From the NCBI GenBank assembly GCA_035529405.1, contig DATKWV010000053.1, positions 1-36,857 on the forward strand: a stretch of 36,857 bases of DNA, in the 5' to 3' direction. The first letter of the stretch is position 1, and every line of letters starts with the position of its first letter. The position numbers and the translations under genes are program-made. The stretch comes from Sedimentisphaerales bacterium. Lineage in GTDB: Bacteria; Planctomycetota; Phycisphaerae; Sedimentisphaerales; Anaerobacaceae. Below are positions 1 to 8,543 of the stretch, one piece after another. Under the pieces are notes generated by a model. That model worked only from the letters and a program-made list of their open reading frames with translations, was not told where the DNA came from and did no database searches.

Positions 1-1161
1 AAAGCTGAAACTTAAAATCCCGAATATCTGCATCCAGGGATACAGCGGTGCACGAAAACGCGGCTGGTAATTATGAAGCCGGCTCTCCCTCAAAATAATT
101 ACAGACGTACACGAAAGCAGATTCGTGAGTATCAAAACTACGGAGGCAGCTTCTATAAGTATCTCAAGCCTCAGGAACAAAGAAAGACTAATAAATGCGC
201 CTGTTATTATAAGAGCATTGTGAGGAGTTCTGAATCTTACATTGATTTTGCCTAAAAAGGCCGGTAACAGCCTGTCATGACTCAACGGTATAAGTGACCT
301 GGCAGCTGTCATAATTCCGGCATTGGCGGTTGATAAAAATGCCAGGATGGCCGCGATACCTAAAGCTATCTTGCCGGCAGAGCCCATAAAAACCTCTGCA
401 CCGTCTGAGATGGGTGTAAGAGACTGCCTCAAACTACCGGCCTCAACCACGCCTGTTGTTACAAACACCATAAGCGTATAAAGCACACTCACCGCCAAAA
501 GCGAAAGGACCATACCAGCGGGTATATTCCTGGCGGGATTTTTGATTTCTTCTGCGACACTGGCAATTTTCAAGAGTCCGGCGTATGAAACAAACACAAA
601 ACCCGTGGTAAAAAAAAGAGACATTATTCCTTCGGGCATAAATGGTGAAAAACTTTCTATTTTCACAGCGGGCAGCCCCATAATAATGTACAAAACCATA
701 AGCAGCAGCAGGCCGGCCACCATAACAACCTGCGTCCTGCCTGCCTGCTTGATGCCGATTAGATTGATTAAAACAAAAACCAGACAGAAGAAAACAGCAA
801 TCAGATGTATGTCCAGGTCGACAAGCAAGACGGTGAAAACGGACATGCCGATAAGGGCAAAGGCACTCTTCATAGATAATGAGAACCAGCTAAGCAGTCC
901 TGCCACGGTGCCTACGCTTGGTCCCATACTACGAATAATGGTAAAACAATCGCCGCCGGCTTTAGGCATGGCCGTTGTCATCTCAGCCAAACTCAGCATT
1001 CCCGGAAGGCAGAGAAGCCCGGCCAGCAAATAACAGATTATTGCTGCAGGGCCGGCTTTTGAATAGGCAAGTCCGGGCAATATGAATATACCGGAACTAA
1101 TCATTGCACCGCTGGCAATGCAGAAGACAGACAGTAAGCCCAAATCCCTTTTTAATTTCAT
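1..1161 (-). CDS. APC-superfamily amino acid permease. The C-terminus runs off the window start, so there is no stop in the window and it is absent from the ORF track.
   Basis: Reverse translation from the ATG at 1161 gives MKLKRDLGLLSVFCIASGAMISSGIFILPG...TAMPKAGGDCF... and stays open to position 1. The sequence is multi-TM throughout. The + strand ORFs 73..255 and 542..1033 are antisense shadows. Confidence 0.8.
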   Translation of the reverse strand, partial: MKLKRDLGLLSVFCIASGAMISSGIFILPGLAYSKAGPAAIICYLLAGLLCLPGMLSLAEMTTAMPKAGGDCFTIIRSMGPSVGTVAGLLSWFSLSMKSAFALIGMSVFTVLLVDLDIHLIAVFFCLVFVLINLIGIKQAGRTQVVMVAGLLLLMVLYIIMGLPAVKIESFSPFMPEGIMSLFFTTGFVFVSYAGLLKIASVAEEIKNPARNIPAGMVLSLLAVSVLYTLMVFVTTGVVEAGSLRQSLTPISDGAEVFMGSAGKIALGIAAILAFLSTANAGIMTAARSLIPLSHDRLLPAFLGKINVRFRTPHNALIITGAFISLSLFLRLEILIEAASVVLILTNLLSCTSVIILRESRLHNYQPRFRAPLYPWMQIFGILSFSF

Positions 1162-1601
1162 ATCATTTTCCCACAAACTGTAGTTGCCGCTGCGGTCCCT
1201 GCCCAATACGCATCCTTGTTCAAGGTGTATTATGTGTTCTGCGACTTGAATTGACAACAGCAAACAGGGTTTTTTCAACAGGCCGTGACAGCTAACTCAC
1301 TCAAACTGACCGATGGTCAGTTTGGGAATGCAAAACGCAAAACGCAAAAATCAAAACTGCGGAATCCGCCCATTCGACTTGCTCAGGGCCGGCTCTGCGG
1401 CGGATAACCGATTTTATCAGGTTTTCTATATTGCAGAACATATTGCTAAATATACAGTTATGTTAATTTTCGACCATTAATCGGTCAGTTTGAGTAACTC
1501 AAATAACAAGCTACCCTGCGTGAAAAGGAAATGCCGCTTTATTTTGGAAAACTCACCGCCCCCACAGCAGATGTGTTTAATGTCTTGCCGGGCATATATA
1601 A

Positions 1602-2345
1602 TCACTTGTGCTGTCCTCTGCATCTTAATCTGTTCCACAGCCCGGCGGGCTTGTCTTTTGAGACCACCGCTTCATGGTCGGCGACGGGCAGGTGCTGAGG
1701 CTTTCTCCAGACACAGATATTGGAAACTATCTGCTCGTCCATTGCAATGTTACTATCTTCACACTCGATTACATAAGCGGGGTATTTCTGATGTAAGGTA
1801 ACGACAACGCCGGGTCTTATGCGCAGACTTTCTATTCTGTGAAGCTGCCGGTCGCTTTTACAATCGACATACGCCACTTTCGCCGACTGCCCGACTTCCA
1901 GTTCGTTTAGCGGTATCACGCAGCTTTGCGCGGAGCGCGAGGAGTTCATGCAGCATTGTCCCTGGGGTATGGGCATACCATGGGGACATGCTTTGGGATG
2001 CCCCAGCAGGGTGCATATACTGTCTAAAAGCTCCGGGCTGACAGTATGCTCGAACTCACAGGCACCGGACTCGAAATCGGCGCCAAGCACGTCGTAAATC
2101 AGCCTTTCGGCAAGTCTGTGTGCGCGAATCATTTGCCTTCCATAGTCCTCGCCCTTGTTTGTAAGTTTGATTTTGCTTCCATCCTCTGCTAATTCGACCA
2201 TATCTTCAGATGACAGTTCGTCAATTATAGCCGGGTCGAGGTTTCCTTCCATGGCCGTCTTCAGAGTCTCCGCTGAATCGGTCCCTTTTTCTTTCATATA
2301 ATACAACCGTTCAATATGCTCGTCTTTTTCCCGCTTGTGACTCAT
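1602..2345 (-). CDS. DtxR/IdeR/MntR-family metal-dependent transcriptional regulator with a C-terminal FeoA/SH3-like domain
   Basis: Contains HRLAERL and GHPKACPHGMPIP motifs plus a C-terminal FeoA-like segment (LNELEVGQSAKVAYV...RIESLRIRPGVVVTL). The start was moved to the ATG at 2345 (MSHKREK), which has GAAAGGA 6 nt upstream and sits just after the feoB stop. Confidence 0.8.
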   Translation of the reverse strand: MSHKREKDEHIERLYYMKEKGTDSAETLKTAMEGNLDPAIIDELSSEDMVELAEDGSKIKLTNKGEDYGRQMIRAHRLAERLIYDVLGADFESGACEFEHTVSPELLDSICTLLGHPKACPHGMPIPQGQCCMNSSRSAQSCVIPLNELEVGQSAKVAYVDCKSDRQLHRIESLRIRPGVVVTLHQKYPAYVIECEDSNIAMDEQIVSNICVWRKPQHLPVADHEAVVSKDKPAGLWNRLRCRGQHK

Positions 2346-2355
2346 AGTATTCCTT

Positions 2356-4329
2356 TCACCACCCAAACAGGATGACCAGCCCCCAGTTTAAGCAGCCTGC
2401 TATTAAGAATGAACTTGCATTTATAATAACCGCCATAGTAAGAGCGCGCCTTGTACCCAACTGCCTGATCATCGCCATAATATTCGCAAAGCAGGGAACA
2501 AACATCGTAGTAATAGTTACAGCGACTATACACTGAACGTAATTAAGCTGTCCTTTTTCTATAAGCTTTATAATCATGCCGGCGGCGGCCTCATGTCTGG
2601 CCATGCACAAAATAAGAGCATCGACCATTTGTACGGGAAGTCCCAGCCAGTCATTCATAACAGGTCTGAGCACATTCTTCGCTGTATCAAGTATCCCTGT
2701 TTTATCAATTACAAACAGAATGACCGCCGCATATATAAATACAGGTACCGCTTCCTTGATAAACCACCAGAGCCTGTAATAGGTTTTTACAATCACCGCT
2801 TTAGGGTTTGGCAGTCGTATTGGGGGCAGTTCCTGTAAAAAATCGCTCCTCTGTTCTTCGGCTAAAATTTTGTTTAAAGTAACCCCTGCAGCAATTTCCA
2901 CAAACGCCAGCACGGAAAAGGCTATCACAAATGCCCTTATGCCCATCCTGCCGAGAATGCTCATATTCAAGGCCATCTGAGCGGCACAGGGAAGAGCAAA
3001 TGCAATTAAGTATATTGCTATATACCTTTCTTTCCTTGAGCGCAGACTCTTTGTTGTCAAAGTAGCCATGGTTTTACAGCCAAAACCAAGCACCAAAGGC
3101 ATAATTGCACTTCCGCTGAGTCCAAACCTGTCAAAAATTCTTTTTGTCAAAACACACAGGTTTGGGATATAACCGATGTCCTCAAGAATATTGAACACAA
3201 TAAAAAAGACGGACAGGATTGGCAGAATCGTTAAAAAGGCATTAGCAAGGCCTAACGATAAAATACCGTAATCACCTATCAAGAATTCATTCAGCCATTG
3301 GATTTTTACAAGGTTATCTATTTTACTTTCAACCGGGAACCATACTGTTTCGTCCATCCAGCCTGCGATTACATTGGCGACATTGACAACAAGGAAATAC
3401 ATAGCAAAAATGACAATAAGCAGAATGGGGATTCCAAACACAGGATGACGGCACAACCGACCAAAACTTTTGGAGAATTGTCCGGGCGCGACCTTCTGCT
3501 TTCTGACGGCCTTGTCGGCAAGATTATCCACCCATTGAGCGCGTTTGTTATGCAGTACATGGCCGAATTTTCCCCTAAACTGCCGGGCGATTCGGTTTAC
3601 CTGGTCATTGAGTTGGGCCACTTTTTCCGGGCCGTATCTTTCTTTGAGATAGTCCGTCAGGAACGGGTCGCCAAGAAGCAGTAAAATCGCGGCTTTGTGC
3701 CCGAAGCCGAATTCCTGCGGCAGCTGCGATTCGAGGGTCAATATTCCATCATCTATGATTGGGCCATACCGCGGCGCAAACTTGCCCACTCGCGCCTTTT
3801 GCAGGACTTTTTTCAACTCGTTGGTACCCAGGCCGTTGACCGCCACCGACTCGACGACAGGAACACCGAGCAGGCGTGATAACTTGTCCGAATCAATCCA
3901 TATACCCCTTCTTGCCGTTTCGTCTATGGCATTGAGGGATATAACCATCGGTATGTCCAGCTCCAAAAGGTCTGCGGTCAGCGTCAGTGACTGTTTGAGC
4001 CGGTTGGCATCGATACACTGGATGAACAGGTCGGGCTTTTCAGAAAAAATCATATCGCGCACGACCAGTTCCTCTTCGGAGTGAATATAAAGACAGTGCA
4101 GGCCGGGCGTATCAATCATTTCGTAAGGCTGACCTTCAATCACACAATTGGCCCTGTTTATGTCCACAGTAGTCAGCGGGTAATTGGCCACAAGCGTGTA
4201 CTTGCCGGTCAGGTTGTTGAACACCTGGCTTTTGCCGGTATTGGGCAGCCCCACTATTGCGATTTTTTTCACCTGGTGTGGCGTGTCCGGCTTGTACATT
4301 AAGGTTTTTTCTGCTGCGGCTGTGCGCAT
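2356..4329 (-). CDS. feoB: Ferrous iron transporter FeoB
   Basis: N-terminal G-domain motifs GLPNTGKS and DTPG are followed by a large polytopic membrane domain; 657 aa. Confidence 0.95.
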   Translation of the reverse strand: MRTAAAEKTLMYKPDTPHQVKKIAIVGLPNTGKSQVFNNLTGKYTLVANYPLTTVDINRANCVIEGQPYEMIDTPGLHCLYIHSEEELVVRDMIFSEKPDLFIQCIDANRLKQSLTLTADLLELDIPMVISLNAIDETARRGIWIDSDKLSRLLGVPVVESVAVNGLGTNELKKVLQKARVGKFAPRYGPIIDDGILTLESQLPQEFGFGHKAAILLLLGDPFLTDYLKERYGPEKVAQLNDQVNRIARQFRGKFGHVLHNKRAQWVDNLADKAVRKQKVAPGQFSKSFGRLCRHPVFGIPILLIVIFAMYFLVVNVANVIAGWMDETVWFPVESKIDNLVKIQWLNEFLIGDYGILSLGLANAFLTILPILSVFFIVFNILEDIGYIPNLCVLTKRIFDRFGLSGSAIMPLVLGFGCKTMATLTTKSLRSRKERYIAIYLIAFALPCAAQMALNMSILGRMGIRAFVIAFSVLAFVEIAAGVTLNKILAEEQRSDFLQELPPIRLPNPKAVIVKTYYRLWWFIKEAVPVFIYAAVILFVIDKTGILDTAKNVLRPVMNDWLGLPVQMVDALILCMARHEAAAGMIIKLIEKGQLNYVQCIVAVTITTMFVPCFANIMAMIRQLGTRRALTMAVIINASSFLIAGCLNWGLVILFGW

Positions 4330-4356
4330 AAAAAAATGGGGCGGCGGTTTACCTGT

Positions 4357-4875
4357 TCAGGTAACCAGTGCAACAATTCCCGCACCGAGCAGTATCCAGA
4401 TGGGATTGACTTTATACTTAAACAGACAGACCATGCTTGCTGCTGCGATTAAAAGCGTTTTTATATCAATTATGGAGCTTCTTCCGATGCTGACCGCGGC
4501 ATCGAAGACCATACCGATAACCGCTATGCGCGCCCCTCGGAGGAAATTGGCGAGTATTTTATTTTCGCGGAATTTCCTGATGGCCTCCGTAGCCAGGCAT
4601 ATCATTATGAACGAAGGCGCAATTACGCTTAAGGTCGAAACAACCGCACCGAGGATGCCGCAGACCTTGTATCCTATGAATGTTGCCGAGATTATAACCG
4701 GCCCGGGGGTGACCTGCCCCAGCGTGATGGCATCAACGAATTCGGTTTTAGTCAGCCAGCCGTACCTTACAACCACTTCGTTTTCGACCATCGGAATAAT
4801 CACGATGCCGCCGCCGAAGCTGAACGCGCCGATTTTCAGAAATACCCACGCTAATCTGAGTAAATTGGTTATCAT
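4357..4875 (-). CDS. Chromate ion transporter (CHR) family protein, short single-domain form, second half of a pair
   Basis: Shows FSFGGGIVIIPMVENE and LGQVTPGPVI motifs. Its start overlaps the upstream stop (ATGA at 4872-4875). Confidence 0.8.
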   Translation of the reverse strand: MITNLLRLAWVFLKIGAFSFGGGIVIIPMVENEVVVRYGWLTKTEFVDAITLGQVTPGPVIISATFIGYKVCGILGAVVSTLSVIAPSFIMICLATEAIRKFRENKILANFLRGARIAVIGMVFDAAVSIGRSSIIDIKTLLIAAASMVCLFKYKVNPIWILLGAGIVALVT

Positions 4876-5660
4876 TTCAGGTTTTCTTTGGCGGCATCTT
4901 TGTGGTAAACAACGATGCCTGCGATTCCGGCAAGAGACACTATTATCACTATATCGAGCTTAAAGATTAACGACGACGCGAAGGCCCAGATTAAAACACA
5001 CAGTTCACGATAACCCTTCATTTCCGCTTTAGTCAGTCTCATGCCCACAGATATAATCAAACCGGTCACCGCAGCGCCCAGACACTTGAATACTTCCTCA
5101 ACTTTCGGCGTTATCCGGTACCTGTCATAAAGCATCGCAAGGATAATCATTAAAACAAATGAAGGCAGGATGAACACGACGGTGGAAATTATCGCGCCGG
5201 ACCATTTTTTCAGTTTATAGCCGGTGTACGTAACGATGTCCATTGTCACCGGTCCGGGCAGCACATCACCCAGCACCGCACCTTCGAGAAAATCTTCGTT
5301 GGTGAGAATCTGTCTTCGCCGCACAAGCTCATCTTCCAGCAGTGTAAACACAGCCATCGGACCGCCGAAACCGAAGCAGCCTATTTTCAGGAACATAGTC
5401 CAGTCATTAAATCTTTCGACAAGACCGGGTTTGGGCTGCTTTCGCTGCTGGGTCAGCATGTATTTTTTCTTATAAAAACCGGCCAGCAGCTTTTCAAGTT
5501 CTCTGGCTTTGCTTTCATCGCCGATTTCACGATACAATTCGTAGGCCTGCTGCCAGAGTTCGGCTACAAGTTTCAGGCTCTGTGTATCGGCACAGCGAGC
5601 AAAGACGTGCAGCCCTCGCATATACAGTTGTTCAGCCTGCTGTTTTACCTGTTCATCCAT
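4872..5660 (-). CDS. CHR family protein, first half of the pair, with a ~75-aa helical N-terminal extension
   Basis: Shows FGFGGPMAVFTLLEDE and LGDVLPGPVT motifs. The N-terminus (AEQLYMRGL...WQQAYELYREIGDESKARELEKLL) looks like a genuine helical hairpin. An alternative internal start at 5459 cannot be excluded. Confidence 0.7.
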   Translation of the reverse strand: MDEQVKQQAEQLYMRGLHVFARCADTQSLKLVAELWQQAYELYREIGDESKARELEKLLAGFYKKKYMLTQQRKQPKPGLVERFNDWTMFLKIGCFGFGGPMAVFTLLEDELVRRRQILTNEDFLEGAVLGDVLPGPVTMDIVTYTGYKLKKWSGAIISTVVFILPSFVLMIILAMLYDRYRITPKVEEVFKCLGAAVTGLIISVGMRLTKAEMKGYRELCVLIWAFASSLIFKLDIVIIVSLAGIAGIVVYHKDAAKENLK

Positions 5661-5713
5661 ATCGGACGCGATTGCTCAAAGCCCCGGCGCCATTGTCGGG
5701 GGCGATTGGTTAT

Positions 5714-6343
5714 CTAAGGTATGGTTACGCCTTCCATCTCGCCTTCGCCGATTCTGATGGTGGATTTTATTTTTTGGCCGTTTCTGATTATGTTTATTTT
5801 TACATCGGACTCGGGTCTTGCGCGGGCAACGATGGATTTAAAGTGTTTGAGGTTTTTGACTTTGTGGCCGTTGAACCGCTGGATACTGTCTCCGATTTGC
5901 AGGCCTGCCCTTTGGGCCCTGCCGCCGGCATATACCGCGTGCACAATTACGCTTGACTTGCCCTGCAGGGCCGCCGCTTCCAGAGCCAGGGGCTTGATTA
6001 AGACCTGCTTAACGGGAATACCTGCTGCCTGGGCCTTGCCCCAGTTGGCGCTGTAAAGCGGACAATCACGAATGTTGCACGTTCCCCGGCTGTCTAAGAA
6101 CCCCGGGCAGTATGGACAGCGGGTCAAAGCAACGCTCTGGATGCGGATACTTTCCGACACTGCCGGCTGTGTTGCAAAATCAACAGCATCGCCGGCAGAG
6201 AAGCTGGCTATTGCATACACAACGGAAATAACAATGACAATCGCCAGAATCCAGAGCTGGTTCTGTGTGTTTTCGAGGAAACAATCCCCGGGTAATGTCT
6301 CCTGGCGAACATCAGGGTGATTTTTGTTATGTCTGTGGTACAT
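5714..6343 (-). CDS. Membrane-anchored PDZ-domain protein with a four-Cys cluster. It sits in the MamP position but has no CXXCH.
   Basis: One TM (LWILAIVIVISVVYAIA), then CPYCPG-x9-CNIRDCP, then a PDZ domain (VIVHAVYAGGRAQRAGLQIGDSIQRFNGHKV...). The track ORF begins with TTG at 6373; the ATG at 6343 is preferred. Both overlap the upstream gene end. Confidence 0.7.
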   Translation of the reverse strand: MYHRHNKNHPDVRQETLPGDCFLENTQNQLWILAIVIVISVVYAIASFSAGDAVDFATQPAVSESIRIQSVALTRCPYCPGFLDSRGTCNIRDCPLYSANWGKAQAAGIPVKQVLIKPLALEAAALQGKSSVIVHAVYAGGRAQRAGLQIGDSIQRFNGHKVKNLKHFKSIVARARPESDVKINIIRNGQKIKSTIRIGEGEMEGVTIP

Positions 6344-7262
6344 AGGTCCGCGTTTGAACACTTTCTGCGGCAACGGTTTTTTTACGGCGGCCTGCAGCCG
6401 GCAGCAGCTGTACGGAGATTTGAGAAATATTTTTCATCTTTGTGTGCAAAACATTTTTAATTTCGCCGACTGTCTGCAGGGCGGTGCTCAAAGGCCAGTG
6501 ACGCGGCACCGACACGCTCATATCCACCAGCAGGCTTCGGCCGGCAAATCTCGCTGTGACGCGCTCGATACCGCCGACGCCATCGATATTGTCCATAAGG
6601 TCGCGTATGTGCGCCTCTTCTACCCGCAGAGACACGTCCATAAGCCCTTTTACAGCTTTCTTGATACCGTCGAAAGCCACCTTTATAATCAGAACGCAAA
6701 TGACAATCGACACAATATGGTCGAGCCTGGCCAGGCCTAAATTACTTCCCACTACCGCAACGATTACGGCCACAGAAGTACCGACATCCGCGCGGCTGAC
6801 CTGGGCGTTGGCCAGAATTGCCGCACTTGACAGTTTCTGGCCCGCACACCGGCCGTACTTGAATGCCATCTGATTGGCAATAATTGATATAACGGCAGCG
6901 AAAATGGCAATCAGTCTCGGGGGCCTTTCGGGCCCGACTATCATCATCTCGGCAAAAGCAAAAAACATATAAGCCACAGCCACAACCATAAGCAGCATGT
7001 TCACAACACCCGAAGCCAGAAACTCCACCTTGCCGTAACCGTAAGGAAATTTTTCGTCTGCGGCCCTTGAGGCCATTTTGAGACTGACCAGCACCGCGGC
7101 AGTAATGATAAAATTGGCCAGAGACTGAAAAGCATCCGTATGCAGAGACCTGCTGTTACTGAGAATCGCAAAGGAAAACTTCAGAAAAAAAAGGGCCAGA
7201 TTTATGGCCAGAATCGTCCATTCGACCCTTTTGCCGCACCGGATACAACGCTGAGAAATCAT
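6327..7262 (-). CDS. Cation diffusion facilitator (CDF) paralogue, MamB/MamM-like, with a non-canonical metal site
   Basis: Has an N-terminal CIRCGK, the EKFPYGYGKVEF motif, six TMs and a C-terminal cytoplasmic domain. The positions that carry the transport-site residues in the other two CDF copies read SLHTDAF and AQVSRAD here. Confidence 0.8.
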   Translation of the reverse strand: MISQRCIRCGKRVEWTILAINLALFFLKFSFAILSNSRSLHTDAFQSLANFIITAAVLVSLKMASRAADEKFPYGYGKVEFLASGVVNMLLMVVAVAYMFFAFAEMMIVGPERPPRLIAIFAAVISIIANQMAFKYGRCAGQKLSSAAILANAQVSRADVGTSVAVIVAVVGSNLGLARLDHIVSIVICVLIIKVAFDGIKKAVKGLMDVSLRVEEAHIRDLMDNIDGVGGIERVTARFAGRSLLVDMSVSVPRHWPLSTALQTVGEIKNVLHTKMKNISQISVQLLPAAGRRKKTVAAESVQTRTYVPQT

Positions 7263-7265
7263 ATC

Positions 7266-8144
7266 TTACTCGCAAATAACATTAACACTGCCGAGGTGTT
7301 CAACTCTGTCGGCGACGGCGTTCTGGATTCGCGTTGATATTGTGCTCACCTGGGCGATAGTCCTTTCCGGCGGCAGACAAACATACAAATCCACCCAGAC
7401 GGTTCTGCCGATTTGTCTTGTTTTTACGGCCTTTATCTGCCTGACCTCTGGTATGCCGGCCAGGGCCTGCCTTATCAAGCGCACGTCACTATCGATGATG
7501 GCGCCGTCAATAAGTCCGGTGCTGCCCTGATAAAATATTTCAATACTCAGGAAAATCAAATGCCCCGCCTCGAATACCGCCACCAGCGCATCGAGAAAAA
7601 GGTATCCCATCATACTGCCCAGCGTGGCAACAACCACCGCCAGCGAAGCGATAACATCGGCACGATGGTGCTTGCCGTGGGCAAGCAGGGCGGGACTGTT
7701 TATATGCTTGTGGGCACAGATATTGAATCGGTAGATTAGTTCGTTGGCCAAAACAGAAATAGCCGCTGCAACCAGCGTGGCCCAGTGCGGCCGGGCGTGT
7801 TCGCCCAGGAAAATAATCCGCACGCAGTCGGCAAGAATAAAAATTGTAGCGCCGAGGATAAGTATGCTGGTGAACACACAGACGATGTATTCGGCGTTGC
7901 CGTGGCCGTATGGATGTTCTTCGTCGGGCGGTCTTGACGCTATTTTCAAACCCACCAGCACTGCAACGCCGGAAAGTACGTCATGAAACGAATAAAGGGC
8001 GCTTGCAATTAATGCGCGGCTGCCGGTGAAGATACCGACAGCGCCCTTGAAAATCATCAGAAGAAAACTGTCCCACAGCCCAATCCATGAAAGCTGTGTT
8101 GCACAGCGGGCACATTTTTGTTTTTCAGACACGTCTTTGCTCAT
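7266..8144 (-). CDS. mamM: CDF transporter, MamM-like
   Basis: CARCAT, ALYSFHDV, EHPYGHGNAEY and GKHHRADVIAS closely resemble remembered Magnetospirillum MamM motifs (CTVCSR, AMYSLKDM, AKHHHGDATAS). The track start is GTG at 8165; the ATG at 8144 is preferred. Confidence 0.75.
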   Translation of the reverse strand: MSKDVSEKQKCARCATQLSWIGLWDSFLLMIFKGAVGIFTGSRALIASALYSFHDVLSGVAVLVGLKIASRPPDEEHPYGHGNAEYIVCVFTSILILGATIFILADCVRIIFLGEHARPHWATLVAAAISVLANELIYRFNICAHKHINSPALLAHGKHHRADVIASLAVVVATLGSMMGYLFLDALVAVFEAGHLIFLSIEIFYQGSTGLIDGAIIDSDVRLIRQALAGIPEVRQIKAVKTRQIGRTVWVDLYVCLPPERTIAQVSTISTRIQNAVADRVEHLGSVNVICE

Positions 8145-8284
8145 TAAAGTGTTCCAAAGAATCACGGATTAATTAAAGTATGGAAGCCTGCCTGAGTTCG
8201 GAAGGCGACAAAAACCCGTCCCCCGCTGAGATTATGATATACTAAAAAGGCTTGGGCATTATTGTGCGATAATTGTCGCGGTCT

Positions 8285-8491
8285 TTACGCTGCGGTCTGG
8301 CCCTGGGCGGCAGCGAATCCCTGCCGGAAGGCCTGCCTGGCTTCGGCAGCAATTTCGCCGGTCCTTTTTTTTAAGTTTACAGCGTGTTTTTTGGCCGCCT
8401 TGAGCATTTTGGGGCTTTTCTTCTGTACGACCTTATAAACAACATACCCGGCAACGATAACGCCGGCGCCGATGAGGATACCTTTTACCAT
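8285..8491 (-). CDS. Small membrane-anchored protein: one TM plus a basic amphipathic tail (YtxH-like appearance)
   Basis: AAGGAG lies 8 nt upstream of the ATG. The sequence has GILIGAGVIVAGYVVYKVV followed by a Lys/Ala-rich helix. The gene lies directly downstream of the mamK-like gene. Confidence 0.6.
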   Translation of the reverse strand: MVKGILIGAGVIVAGYVVYKVVQKKSPKMLKAAKKHAVNLKKRTGEIAAEARQAFRQGFAAAQGQTAA

Positions 8492-8543
8492 TTTTCAGAC
8501 TCCTTTTTTGATTGTTGCGGTAAATTCGCGTTCGATAAAACTT

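Noticed and set aside
8166-8284. A possible internal promoter (TATATC/CATAAT-like hexamers) upstream of the mamM-like gene.
   Set aside because: No acceptable -35 lies at 16-18 nt spacing, so AT-rich chance matches are likely.
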